Origin: Moniliella sp. 'wahieum' | Taxonomy: Eukaryota | Reading direction: 5' to 3' | DNA: 64,000 nt | Assembly (NCBI GenBank): GCA_003971905.1 | Contig: RSEE01000113.1 | Coordinates: 124,001-188,000 of the forward strand | Program-made: the position numbers and the translations under genes | Notes under the pieces: model-generated | What the model saw: only the letters and a program-made list of their open reading frames with translations | What the model was told of the DNA's origin: nothing | Database searches by the model: none | Shown here: positions 35,511-48,998 of the stretch, piece by piece | Numbering within the stretch: position 1 is the stretch's first letter | Layout: every line of letters begins with the position of its first letter

Positions 35511-37712
35511 GGCGGAGCGGAGGTGGGAAGCGACGGCAGAGATGCGGGCGAGTATGGTGGGGAGGCAGAAGGGGGGCTAGCCTGGTCGTGCGAGGAGAGG
35601 TGGCCGGGCAGAGCAGAGCAGAGAAAGACCAAGGCACCTCGGAAGCGCTGCTGGCCAGCGAGACGCGGCCAGATTGGGGGCGCCTAAATACAGTTGGCCG
35701 CTTGCGCTCGCCGCACGCGCCCACACAGGCACCGCAGCGCACGGCGCGTGTGTGCAGCCGTGCCCCAGCAGGCGCAGAACGCAGGGGGTGCTGGGTGGCC
35801 CTTGCAGCTTGCATGGATATGGGCAGTGGGTGGCCCGTGCTGCAGGCACCAGGCCCGTCGCCGCCGCCGCGCACAAGACTGGCCCGTGGCCCGTGCATGC
35901 GCCGGGCCTGTCGCCTGCCGTGAGCATCACCCATCGCCCCCCTGCCTGCACGCCGCCGCACCCCCGTCCGCCGCACCTCGCCACTCTGTCCCCGCCGCCG
36001 CAGCAGCGCTGTGTGACGTCACGCGTCACCTGCAAGAAGGCACCCGCCGTGTCGCTAGCTTACCCTGGGCTGCAACACGCATGACGAGCACTTCGTACTT
36101 GTTCGTCACTTGTCACTTGAAGCTTCACTCCGGCGCCGCGTGGGGGGTTGCTCCTCCACCACGTCATCGTCATCAGTGCACTGTGCTCCGCCTGCTCCAG
36201 CCCACGGGATGCCTGCGCTACACAGGCCCAGCAGGCAATGCGCCGCCCACCCATCCTCTCTCTCAGCGCCTCAGCACGGAGGCTCAGCCCCCTGAGATCC
36301 GAGGCGCTGAGGCTCAGCTGAGCTCAGCGCTGTACGCGCCATAACATGCATGACACACTCTGGCACTCCACAGATAACCGCTAACCACACATGGCAAACA
36401 AACCATGGCAGCACCTTCCTTACCTCTTCTCCTCTGCCCTCGCCGCGGGGGAAGACCACACACAGCTGTGCGACCGTTTGTCCCATCGCCTCGGCGCCAC
36501 AGCTGCCCAAGCTGAGGGGAACCAGTACTTGCCCTCTTGACATCTATTCGTTCAACAGAGAGCGTGCGCAATCATAGGGTGTGGAAGTGCTTAGCGCTTA
36601 TCAGCTTTGGCCTGTCGTAAAGCACAAGTCTGGTGGGCGGGGGAGAAGCAGTGGGCAGTGGAGGGCGGGATGAAGGGGGGGGTTACGTTGACAAAAAAGT
36701 TCTCGTAAAGGCATCTAATCTTCGTCCGAGCCCATGCTGGGCGCACTGGCTTCTCAGTCTTTCCCAGTAGAGGAGAAGCAGAGAGGGAGATGCCGTATCA
36801 TCGTCACTTTCTTCCAGCCACGTGGGGACGCCGGCTAGACGAAGGTCATACTATGGGCCTTCCCATGTTCCGATACCGGTGATATCTCGGACGGTCCACA
36901 GAGCTCAGAGGCGGTTGCAGGATGCGGTTGTATTTGAGCGACCAAAGGGAGGTGGATCAGGGAAGAACGCGCCAAACACGATCGAGCAGTGAAGAAAGTC
37001 AAAGCGAGCGGGCAATGGAGCTCCAGGTCCGTCGTCGGGGCGGATCCGGACGTGCAATGGGATGAAGGGGCGTCACGCTACTATGTTTCGTCTGTTTCGG
37101 CAGCAACAGCAACTAAGCGCAGAGCTGGAGCTGGGGCAGGTGTAAGAACAGTCGTGGGAAGCGCAGCATTGACGAATGCGGGAGGCACAGGGTATGGTCC
37201 ACGTCGCGGGCATTTGTGGCAACCAGCGAGCTAGCTCGTTTGGCAGAAGTGGGACGGGAAGAGGGAAGAGCGGCGTTTGAGGATAGCACGTTTGCCAAGA
37301 CGCGAGCCGCTTTGGGTGGTAGATATCCTTGCGTGAGTGGGTTTAGCCTTTATAACCGGCATATACATAACGCAGCTAACCTAATAAGTTAGCCCAACAG
37401 TCTAATGATTAACGTTAAGTTTAACCCTTAGCTCTGTTTCATGCAGAGTCTGCTAGGCACTGCCCCCCCCCCCTCGGATTCCCTATGCCACCTGGCGTAT
37501 CCATGCATCCAGCGGCTTCCGACTTGGGATGGTTGGATGGTACTACAGGCAAACCACCCGGGCCAAGCACGCGCCTAGAAACTGCAAGTGTGGCATTGCA
37601 CATCTGAGATGGGGCCCCATAGGGGGTGTACATAGCGTATCAATATGCTTGCATGGTGGACCGAGCATGCAGACTCTACCCTACCGCTAGTCGGGATCGG
37701 TTGAGTTCCACG

Positions 37713-38989
37713 TTACACGCGCTCCAAGATGACCGCAATGCCCTGGCCACCGCCAATGCAGGCCGCGCCCAGCGCATACTTCTTGTCGAGCCGGTGCAAG
37801 TTGTGCGTCAAGTTAGCCAGGATGCGAGCGCCGGAAGCGCCGAGCGGGTGGCCCGTGGCAATCGCGCCACCGAAGGGGTTGGTAATGTCTTCTGGCAACT
37901 CCAATTCCTTCTGCACCGACAGGAACTGGGCGGCAACGCTTCGTTCACCTCGATCAATCCCATATCGCCAATTGACAGTCCGGCCCGCTTGAGCGCCAAC
38001 CGGATCGCTTCCACCGGGCCAATCCCCATGATTTCCGGCGCGCAGGCCGTCACGCCGTACGACACAATCCGCGTCAGCGGCTTGAGACCATACTTCTTGA
38101 CGGCCTCCTCAGACGCCACCACATTGGCCGCTGCACCATCGCAGATGCCCGACGCATTGCCAGCGGTAACCGTGCCGTTCTTCTTGAACACAGACGGGAG
38201 TCGGCCCAGCGTCTCGATCGTCGTCTTGCTCCGAGGGTGCTCATCGACAGAGAACGTCTCGGTCGTCTGCATGTTATCCAGCAGCAGCAACCATAATACG
38301 TTAGAATCCCAATTCCCACTTTGCTTTGCGTGAAACGCAACCAAACGGACGAATACGTACCTTCTTGACCGGCACCTCGACCGGCACAATTTCATCTACA
38401 AATGCGCCCTCTGCCAAGCCCTTTTGGTACAGCGCCTGGGACCGGAGAGCAAACGCGTCGCACTGTTCCCGCGTGAGATGCCATACTTGACCGCCAAGTT
38501 TTCTGCCGTGATGCCCATTGGCGTCGGGGTGGGGTACATGTCGGTCAACGCGCTCATCAACGAGTCGACAAGCTTGAGGTCCACACCAAACTTGCCACCG
38601 CCAAAGCGGACGCCGTGAAGCGTGTAGGGAGCTTGAGACATGCTCTCCGTACCGCCGGTCAAGACGACCTGGCTGTCACCCACCTTGATCTCGTGCACCG
38701 CATTGATCACGCTCTGGAAGCCCGAGCCGCACAGCCGGTTGACCGTCAGGGCGGGCGTGGTGACGGGGAGGCCAGCACGATGACCAACGTGGCGGGCAAG
38801 GTAAGCGGCCGAGTTGTCGCTGGCATGCACGTTGCCAAAGATGGTCGCGTCGACCTGGACCCCCTCGGGCAGCTGCTCCAGCGCCGCCTTAGAAGCGATG
38901 CCACCGAGGTGAGCGGCGTTGAACGAGGCGAGCTTGCCGCCGAACGCACCAAAGGGCGTGCGCTTGGCTGCAACAATAAAGGACGACAT
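37713..38989 (-). CDS. 3-ketoacyl-CoA thiolase (acetyl-CoA C-acyltransferase)
   Basis: [17 protein letters not shown] (catalytic Cys), [32 protein letters not shown]. Intron about 38284-38360; indels. Confidence 0.93.
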
Positions 38990-39540
38990 GCTAAGGGAAG
39001 AGAGGGGGGGAAGAGGGAGGGGGGTGGGGGATGGTGGCGGGCGAAGAAGAGGACCAGGAAGTACAAACCCGGAGAGCCGGCCGGGTGGGCGTCGCGCCGG
39101 GCCGAGCGCCTGCCGGTTGTCCGATGTGCCCCGGGCGGCGCGGGGGCTGGCAACGTGTGAACGTGAAAAGCCATTTTCAAAGGGGCGCAGTACGCGCGAT
39201 GCGATGCGGGCATGGTGCGTGATGTGTGATGCATGATGCGTGCCTCGCATCGGCTGGGCGGCAGAGCGGACAAGCGGGAATAGGCGTTTAAGGGCTTACG
39301 CCCAGCGTAACGCCGTCTGAGCCGTTGAGGCTCCGGCTGAGCTCAGCTGAGCGAGCAGAGCCCAATTTGGGGCCGGACGCCGGAGGGCAGCTAGGGTTGC
39401 CGGCTGCCGGTTAACGCGGTTGTCTCTATTAAGTAGTTGCCGCTGAGCACGCCGAGCACGTCGAGCACTCGAGCACACCCATGCGCTTGATGAGCATCCT
39501 TGTGCTCGACACCCTCTCGCACCACGCTCGTCTACGAACT

Positions 39541-39612
39541 AAGCCCTCGTCTAAGCCCTCGTCTAAGCCCTCGTCTAAGCCCTCGTCTAAGCCCTCGTCT
39601 AAGCCCTCGTCT
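39541..39612. repeat. Perfect 12-bp tandem repeat (AAGCCCTCGTCT)x6
   Basis: Six exact copies read directly. Confidence 0.97.
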
Positions 39613-39912
39613 AAAGAGGGGGCGTCATACACCAGTCGAAACGTCGTGGTGGTAACCACATACTTGCAGGGGAACCAGTGACAATATGATAGCCCGCTTG
39701 GCATGTGCATCTGTTGTACATCAAGTTGTTCTTGCAGTCAATATCAAAACCGTCTGTCGCTCTTGCAGCCTGAAGCTTGACTACTAGGGTCTCCTTCCCC
39801 CCCCCCGCCATCCAAGAGGAGAAGGTGGAGGTGGAGGTGGGGGAGGAACAGGTTGGATGAGTGCCGAGTGTCCGGGGTCGTGATGGCAGCCGCGGGCGCG
39901 ATCACATCCGGA

Positions 39913-42900
39913 TCAGACTAACGGGCAGGCCGAACACAAGCGAAGAAAAATCACAGCAAAACGTCAGTCAGTAAGTAATACATGCGATGCCCATCTGGCA
40001 CGGGTCGGTGCGAGCCACGCGCGGCTGGCTCGCGATCCGATCCCATCCTATCCCATCCCATCTGATGCGATCCGAGAAGAAGGAGAGACGCGACGTACAG
40101 GAAAACAGGCCCTCCCCGCGACCGTGCTTGCCGCCCAGGAGGTAGTACGAAAGCAACGTTGCGCTGAACAGGCCTACACTCAACCCCAGTGCGACCGACA
40201 AGAGCGATTCCGCCACCTGGAAGCCCGATGCGATGGAGGAGAGCTGTGACGGTAGAATCGTTGGTATGGGTGTAGTTGGTGTTGGCAAATGCCAACAGGC
40301 CTCCGCCTGCCCATCCGGACGGCAGGAGGTAGAGGATGCCCGGTACGGCGACGACAAAGGAGCGTCCATCAAACAACGCGCCATAGTGGAGGAAGAAACG
40401 CCGACGGTCATGCTGCCCAGCATGGCGGTAAAGTCTTGTCGGTTTTGCAGCGCTTTGCGTTTGCCGCTAAAGTGGGTCACGCACCACCCGGCAATGGCCA
40501 CGAGGGTCATGACGAAAAACTCTTTGCGCACCGGCTTGGCATAGTTGCGCAGCGACAGGCCAATTGCGTACCCTGGCACACACAGGAACGCATAGTGGAT
40601 CCCAATCGTCTTGAAGTACCACTCGTCCCGTCTGTGGGAGCGAGAACAGGTCGAGTCGTCAGTCGCGTCAATCACTTGGCCCGAGATAAAGGTGTATACC
40701 AGCTGCGCCGCAAGCACAATGTCAATTGAGTCCCCACAACGCAGGAAAAAGTGTGCGGGATACGCACTGCTCCAATGGACAAACCAAATCCCTGTCGAGA
40801 TAGCGCATCAAGCATTATGGTTAGTACCCAACCCGACCCCACTACGGGCCCCACCACCCAGCTCGGCTCGACAGCCCCATCCAGAAAGAAGAGAAAGGGG
40901 ACACACCAAAAAGAGACTATACAGGAATCCATAAACGAGCCGAACACTGCCCGCAATGATCGACTTGCTCTGCAGCTCCAACGAACCGGAGAGAAAGATA
41001 AACCCTGGCAAGATGAGGACAATCGAGGCGGGGGTGATCGCGGCATAGCAGATTCCACTTGTTCCGTTCTGGTATGCTGCAGCGGCGATGAACGAGTTGA
41101 TGCCGGCAAAGCAGATCTCAAACACATTGGAAAACAGTTCGGCTTTGATGGATGATTGACAAAATACCAGGAACGCTCCGAGTGGGAAAGCAATCAGACA
41201 GTCGACAAAGCTCCCGTTAAAGCCCATCGGGCCCGCACAGATCATCGAACTGCACAGTCCCCCTACCACCACCATCCAAAAGCGGTTGATGAGGGGTTTG
41301 CGACGCATCAGCTCGTCCAGTTGCTTGCTTGCTTCCTCGACACCGACCTTATCGTGCACAACGTTCCAATAGATGGAATGCATATCGGTCAGTTTGGCTG
41401 AGGAAGAGAGAGTCACAGGTCAGCGTCAGAGCCTAGATCGATCCATAAAGACAGACTGGGCCCTAGGGAGGCAGGGAAATAAGGGTACATACAGAGGTCA
41501 AGCAAGCTGGGCTGCTTGATAAAGCGCGTATCGGACGTGTGGGTCATATCATCCCCAAACGAGACGAGCATCAAGGACGGGAGGTAAATACAACGGCATG
41601 ATACTTCCAAGATCCGCGCGGTAGACTGAATCTGGGTCTCGATGCGGTGTGTCGGAGCGCCAAACATCATGAGCGCACGAGCAAGCTTGAGCAAGAATTC
41701 TTGTCGCTGCAAGATGGCTGCCACATGGAGCGTGATCTATCCCGTCAAACAGTAACACGACAATCAGTACCCTGAGGGAGATGGTTCAACGTTCACAGCA
41801 GACAAAGCAAAGAAATACGTACGTAGATCTCCTCTTTCTTAGTTCGTCGCGCCCGCTTGCGCACCTGCCGCTGCCAATGTTCCTTGTCGTAACGAGCTCC
41901 CTTGTGGTGCATGCGCTGCTGTTCAGCGGCTGCGGGACCAAAGTAGTCCGTCGCAGCCTCGGACATGGCTGGGGTGGAGGGTGCAGTGCTCATTCGCCAT
42001 GGTGCCAAGGCACGCTCCGACTGGTTCAGAACAGTCGACAATCCAGAAAGGTGATGATGATGATGATGGGAAGGCGTCGTAGTAGCTCCCGGGTTGGTGG
42101 GGAGCGTGGGCTGAGAAGCACTGACCAAGGGAGTATGCTCCGAGCGTGGCCCCGGCGGCACCTCCGAGTCGGGTGTGGCGATGGCTGAGCCAGTAGGGGT
42201 AGGGCGGGTGGAAGAAGAGAGGTGAGAACGAAGAATGCCAGATGTGCGGTACGGTAGCGGAGGTCGAGGCGGTGGACCGGCGGCTTGAGCCACCAACTTG
42301 GCCGTCCGGCGCATCGTTTTGGCGTTCATCTCGGGCAAAAAGTACCGATCCAAGGTGAAGCCCGGCCGGAAAGGGTTGGGCCCTAACTGGGCCGACGCGG
42401 GGGAAACGGCACCAACCAAGTTGTTGGCAGTCGCGACCAATGCGCCAAACACACCTGCACCACTTCGCGCCGCACGGGGACGTTCTTCCATCTCATAGTC
42501 CCCCATGACAAACGCCGAGGCGGAAGCCATGGCACTTCCCACATTTCGAATGGCATGACGGCCCTCGTATGATGGAGGAACCGTGATCGGTCTTCCTGGT
42601 GCCTCCAGGGGTCATGGACGAGGTGGGCGAAGGGAGAGCCGATCCCATCCGGGAAAAAGGACGGCGGTGAACGCCAAAAGGGTTGGGACGGGGGCCATGG
42701 CCGGATCCAATGGAACTGGGAGGCTGGCTACTTTCCGGAAGAAGGTTGGATCGGCCCTCCTCCCCACTCTGTTCACTGTGAGCATTGGCATTGGACCCAG
42801 GAAGGCATCCTTCTCAGCCTGGTTCTGCTCGCGTTGCTGTTGTTCGTACAGCATCAGCAAGTTGCCCAACACCCCTCCCGTCGCCACAGGACGGGCGTTC

Positions 42901-44495
42901 ATCCTGGCAGTTGTCTGCGCCACCCCAGGCGTGGATTGCCCCGAGTCAGGAAGATGGTCCCTTGTAATGGGCTTGGAGGGAAAGAGCATATCCCCTGGGG
43001 GCCCCCGCCCCGCGTTCGGAGCTAAGACGGGAATCGATTGCGTCCTGTGACAAGCCGATGGGCACGAACCAAGCGAGCTGCCTGTCGCTCGTACTTGGAC
43101 GGCTTGGGTTTGTCCCCCGTACCACGCAGACCCGTACTGGTCTGGACAGGCACACTCTTGCGATTGGTAGCATGGGATACGTCCCTTGCCCAGCAGGTGG
43201 TTCTCCCACTCTCCCTTCCTCGATCTTTTCTGTCTCCATATCGGGCCTGGACCGATGCGCGTCTGGGAGGACGAAGCGCCCTTTCTGAACAGAGTCCGAG
43301 CTCGACCCAGAACACCTTTCACATCTCCTGGACTGATTTCATGCCGTCCTTGAGATGAGTGGGGTCGTGGTGGGAGGAAGGGAGGCGGGCAGGCATCCCA
43401 TCCACCTCGCCTTCGACCATGGGGATGTGGTTCAACTCCGAGTCTGTCATGGGGTTGTAACTTGCATCCGAGGGGGTAGCACTCCCAGATGGAATCTGGG
43501 ATGATGCATCTTGAGGACGACCAAGATTGGATGAGTGCCGGGCGCTGTGGGGGGCACCAAGTTCCGAAGAAGACAGGTTAGGCGTATCCGTAGCTTCTGC
43601 AGAGCGGCCGACACGAAGCTTGCCCAGCTGGTACCGCAGTTCCAGGAGCGTTTTCCTGTCGAGACCGCGTGCGTTGGCGTCCTCCTCACCCATTGGATCC
43701 GAGGCGGAAGCTAAAGGAGGGCGATGCGTTTCTGGTGGGAAAGTGTTCCCCGCCGAACCGGGCTCTTCAGGGATGGGGGAATCGATCTTGGTATCATAGT
43801 ACGGATGTTATTGATCGCAGTAGCTGGGGTGCTTGCGACCAGCATACTTGGGAAGTCGTTCAGCCAAGTTGAGCGGACCCGGATGGTTCCTCCTGTGTAG
43901 CGAGGAGGGGGTTTTGGCCGCTGCTAGCGTGGGGGGCGGACCAGAGACGGGGAGGAGCGAGAGGAGGAAGGTGCCGATTGTGAGATGGATTGCGGTGTGC
44001 CAGAGGCAGGACCGGGTGGCAAGGGGAGAGGTGGATTGACCGGGCCTACGCCATGCCTTCCCGCGCGCCTCGGCTGGGGGCGCACGCACCCGTCACACGT
44101 GGTCCGCTGGGAAGCGCTGAGGATGGCACTGGTGCCCGTGCACGCGTGGCTGCGGCAACGGGAGATACACTACTTGGACCGGCGCTTTGGCCAGACATGG
44201 GGTTCTGGAGGGACGAACCGACGGTGTGGCCGCCAAAGCGGACGCGGCGGCCATCCAGAGGCACCGGGGTGGTGCGGGCGAAGCTAGAAGTGGGCGAGGG
44301 CGGGGCGGATTGGAAGGGTGCTGAGGAAGTGGATGCGGAGGCAGGCGCGGACGCGGATGGCAGCGCGTCCCGCTCAGGCGCGGCGGGAGCGGGCGGAGGG
44401 AGGGTTGGGGGCGCTCGGGCTGGGGGCGGCGAGGGTTGCGCTGGAGGGTGGGGAGGGCGTGGCGCCGGCGTCGTGGCGGGGCCATCGGCGGCCAT
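39913..44495 (-). CDS. PRM10: PRM10-like membrane protein (ThrE / DUF1212 exporter family) with long disordered N-terminus
   Basis: GGVLGNLLMLY, ILQRQEFLLKLARALMMFGAPTHR, ASIVLILPGF..ELQSKSIIAGSVRLVY, YLLPSG, C-terminus GLFSF* after a terminal intron. Several introns and indels. Confidence 0.8.
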
Positions 44496-46122
44496 GGCGG
44501 GACGGCGTGGTGGTGGAGAGGGTCAGTCCGACAGATGTCCGCGGACGACCAAGTGAGCAGCATGGACCTCAACCGAGTCCCCAGTTGAGTACTCAGTCTC
44601 ACCGGTCAGCTGACCGGTGGCCGATTAAAATTTGGCGTATCTGTCTCTCTCTCTCGCGCCAAACCAGTGCCATCGCAGCCACGCATGCTAAAGCAGGCCT
44701 CTGCTACAGCCACCCCGCTCAAACTATCAATTCGGGTGACCGCTGATCGACGCCGTGGGAGGCCAGTTCATCAGTGAAGCTAGTGAAGCTTGAAGCTTGA
44801 AGTGACCTGTCAAGTGACAGGCGGATGCTAGCCCGTGACGGTGAAGCGCGCACAGGATGGAGGATGGAGGATGGAGTGGCACCCCAACCCCGACTGTCGG
44901 TAGGTTCTTTGGGCGGGCGTTGCCTGGATGTGAGTGAGTGACATGCAGCACATCCACGTTGAACGTTCAACTGTGCCATGCTTGCTTGGCATATTTGGAG
45001 TACTGTAGTACCTACAAACAAAACGGTCAACGGCCGAGATTAATAGCTGCTGTTCATCGATCGACTGCGTCGTCACAACTCGTGCATCATATAATGGTGG
45101 TACGATGTAAGAAATGTTGATAGAATATAGACTGTCGCTTCTCCAGAGACGGGAGCTCTTCGAATCTGCAAACGCCTTATATCAGCAACACTACGTATTT
45201 TGACCCCCACCACGATGTGTGCGGCCCCTCCTTGATCCTTGTCATCAAACTAAGGCAATCCCAAAGGCTGAGGATGAGAGAATACTGCGGAGGCGCAGAC
45301 ATTGTCTTATACTTCTCATCGTTTTTCTGCAAACGGTGCGGCGGCGAGAAAATGAAAGGGATCAGACGGGGGCTTGAATTTCCGCCCCTCTGGTGTCAGA
45401 GGTGCTGTGCTGTAAAGCAACGTCGCAGTCGCATTTGCCTTAGTAGGGAGAAGAGCGACAAACATGATGGTGGAAACGGACAAGGTGACTGTTTTCGTGT
45501 GTGGGTTTATACGACCTTTTCCGAACAATATTAATGAGACACGCTCCAGCAGAGCGTGTGGGCCAGGCAAAATGCAATAATGCATACGGAGGATCCCTAT
45601 ATACATATAGCAGAGTAGTAATCAGTGTGTAACTCAAAAGACGATGATCATGGCCGAATCGGTTCTCACACTTAGGAGTGCGTACGAAATTATGTTCTCC
45701 TTTCGTTATAATTCGCTATAGAATGAGTCTGCACCTTCAAGCTCAAGGAGCGAAACACTGAAACCTACTGTGACTGACAACTGTCTCTAGTGGAGTTCAT
45801 CTTCACCGTCATGCTGCACGTACAGGCAGCTGCACATATTCGGCATGATATGGGCTACTCGCAAAGCCCGAAGACAAAAAAGGAAAAGCTCCAAACTAAA
45901 GGGTGGGACGGGCGAGACGAACCATTCTTTAGCGGCTTGAGTTTCTGTTTATTGTCAAACTTTGTTATGCCTTCGACACAGAGAGCATATCAGCAGAAGA
46001 GGAAGAGGCAAAGACCGAGGCTGGCTGTCCGATTCCCTTATTGCGTTCTAGCGCCAAGTGAGAGACGGAATCGTACAGAACACCGGTCGCGCCGCCGAGA
46101 CTAGCCCCGCCAAGGACACCGT

Positions 46123-47008
46123 TCACAAGCCCCGCACGACGGACTGGGAAGACATTGTTAGCTTCCTACTGGTCGTCCAAAGCACAAATAAAGGAGGGAG
46201 GAGTATAAGCGTACAGAATAAAGCCGGAATGACCAAAGCGCCAATGGATGCCCCTACGAGGAAATAATCTGCAGGAACAGAGTTAAGGGGCGTCGCGGGG
46301 GGATAACATGTTGAAGGGTGCTTCTGTGAGGAGATACGTACCTTCTTTCCGAATGCGACGAAGATCGGCCCGAATCGTTTCCGCAGCATGGAAGGTGGCC
46401 AAGGGGTCTTGGTTGACAATGCTGAGTCCACAAGCGGAGCTCCAACGACTCCTCCGATCAGGGGCAAGCCCCAGCTTGATTTTGATACGAGAAGTGGAGG
46501 ATCTAGTCAGATAGATGTGGAGCAAGAGGGAACAGGAGGAACAAGGGGGTGTGGTATACCAACCTAGTGCGTAGGGCTGAGCGGAGGGAAAAGCCCTTAC
46601 GGGATGCGTAGAGAAGATAGAGGGGAGGGGCAAGAACGGTAGAGATGGTGGCGGCACCCAAGGCGGCTTTGCCAACGAGGTATTGTTGGTAGCGCTTAGC
46701 ATTAAAAGCGGCGATCGTGGGGCGGTCTGACATGGAGGGGAACTGCACATCGTCTTGGTCAGTTGAAGGAGCGAAAGATGAGGGCATGACACGTTGGGCT
46801 GGAGCGGCAGCAGTGCTGGCGGTAGCTGCGGGGGCGATGGCTGTACGCAAGGAAGGCGAGCCAGCGGAGAGCATGACACTAGCTGAAAAAATGATGAGAG
46901 ATGCAGAGAGAAGAGAGCTAGACGGAAGATGGGGATGGTGGTAGCGGTGGTGGCAAGGAGGAGTGTGGCGGAGAAGGCGGAGCCCAAGGAGGCTGAGCCA
47001 AGTACCAT
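46123..47008 (-). CDS. Hypothetical membrane protein (frameshifted, one intron)
   Basis: Hydrophobic coding-like segments. GTACGT...CAG intron about 46341-46269 joins RRIRKE to DYFLVGASIGALVIPALF. Confidence 0.5.
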
Positions 47009-48998
47009 GCACCAAGAGAATCTGATATTAGACCAGCGCAGTTAACGAGACTGGGTCAACGCGAGGATATAATTAACCTTGTCCGTACCTCTCAGTTGGA
47101 CCGGCATCTCCGCCCATAGTACCACTAGCAGAGTAAGTGGGGTACAGGGGTACTGCCTGCCGCAACGCGTCGCCACTGTTCCACCCCGCTGCTGTCCGGG
47201 CCGGACGTACCCGGCGTCTGTCCATCAGCATCCGCGCGTCAGCCACATGTAACCAGTGCAACCAACCATCTTCAAGCTTCCGCCCCACCGCACACCAACA
47301 TGCGACCGGCATCGGCAACACCATCTCCCCGTCATCACGTGTGATGTCACATCTGCCATCATCCAATCACGCGCAGGCACTGCAATCCCCAATTATCGCA
47401 CGGGGTCCTTCCGCCGATGGGGAGTGGCAAAACAGAGCCATCTGAAGCGACCCCACTTGGACACCATCGTTATACCCAGCAAACTTCTGCTTGCCTCTGT
47501 CCACCCGCCTGCTCGAAGGCGAGATCGACGTTCTGCATGAATTCCTCGGTACTCATATCCCCGTTTCGCCGATGAGGATACGGATGAGCGCGAGAAGGAT
47601 TGGGTCGCATTTGGGAGAGGATAAGAAATTGGCTCTTAAGGCGGTGTGGTCCACCCCCGTTGTAAACACCCTGACCCCTTGACTTTGAGGAGTAGACTTG
47701 AGTTGGAAAGTGCCTTCAACGGCACGTAACCCATGCACCGGGCTCAGGCCGCACACTTCCGTCTCGCTGACATACAACCAACCTTGCCCTCCTGCCAGTT
47801 TTTGCGGTTGCCATTTTGGACGGGACATAGGTCGTTCCATCCGCCGTCGGCATGCGGACTTTTGCCCCCTGCCCGACCTTTCATTCATGTCATAGAAAGT
47901 TTCCTTCTCGAACCGGCAAACCCTTGCTGGGGTGGCGATGAATGAGATGGGGATGAGCAAGGGGTGTTTGGCATTCGCTGTGATGCAAGTGATGGATGGA
48001 AACGTGTAGCTGACAGCTCGAAGGCTGGAGGGATTTCGTATAGTCAGAGTGGCCGGCTGACTTGTCGTGATCAACGCGTCCTGCTTTGGAAGAGGTGGCA
48101 CTGCGGCTGTTTACATACAACTCCGATAGTCAGGCCATCCTTTGGTGGGTGGCCGGTGGCGGTGCGCGGCAGGCCGTCGGAGCGACTCGTTCGAGTTGTT
48201 TTCAAAACTTTTTTTTGCCTGAGTACTCGGTGGGTCAGCGCGTCAGCCATCGCCGACTGGATCGACATCATCGATCATCGAATCCCTTGCTGAGAGCCTG
48301 AGGCCTGACGGGTCTGACGGCCTGAGGGGTCAGCCTGACGGCTCAGCTGCTCAGCTTCCTCCTTCCCGCCTCAGCTGAGTGCCATCGCAGGCATCACCTT
48401 CCCCATCATGCATCTGTCATCATATGGCCATCCAACAGGCAATTCGCGCCCCACGTCGGCCCACCCGCCCACGGCCCACCCATCCAAGTGGTGGTGTCGG
48501 TCTTTGGTGGGTGGCCTAACGCCACTGGACATGGGAATCTCGACGGTGGACGCGGAACCGAGTACCTAGTACTGAACGTAGAACGTTGAACGTTTTGAAT
48601 GCTGCCCCTCTGCACCAGATCGCATGGGTGGATGGGCTCATTGAGCCATGCTGTAGCTCTGCGCTCTGCTGAGGCGCTGAGGCCCACTGCTCTCCGCGGC
48701 TCCTCGGCCAGGGGCCAGGCGACGCCCAGCGCCACGTCCGCGTCATTCACCCCACCGGCCCCGTCGTAGCTCACATGTATGTACAGGCTCAGGCCTGATC
48801 GGTCCTGATCGATTGATCTGTTAAACGTTAACACGTTAACAGGGCGTCAGGGGCCCGCGCACCCGCCCCCCCCCACCACCAACCATAGCAACTTGGCAAG
48901 TGTTCCTTCACCACCATCATCCACCTGCTCTGTCTCCCTCCTCCATACGCGAACCTTGGTCGCGCTCTCATTTCCAACCTCTATCGTTACACCCTGCC

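Noticed and set aside
33964..35580. 538-aa plus-strand ORF
   Set aside because: Antisense shadow of GND1 caused by GC-rich codon bias
37375..37432. Telomerase RNA template-like CTAACCTAA / TTAACCCTTA
   Set aside because: Not a full 1.5-repeat TTAGGG template and no supporting structure recognised
45643..45720. tRNA A-box-like TGGCCGAATCGG (also B-box-like GTTCAATTC near 8570)
   Set aside because: No cloverleaf or paired A/B boxes could be built
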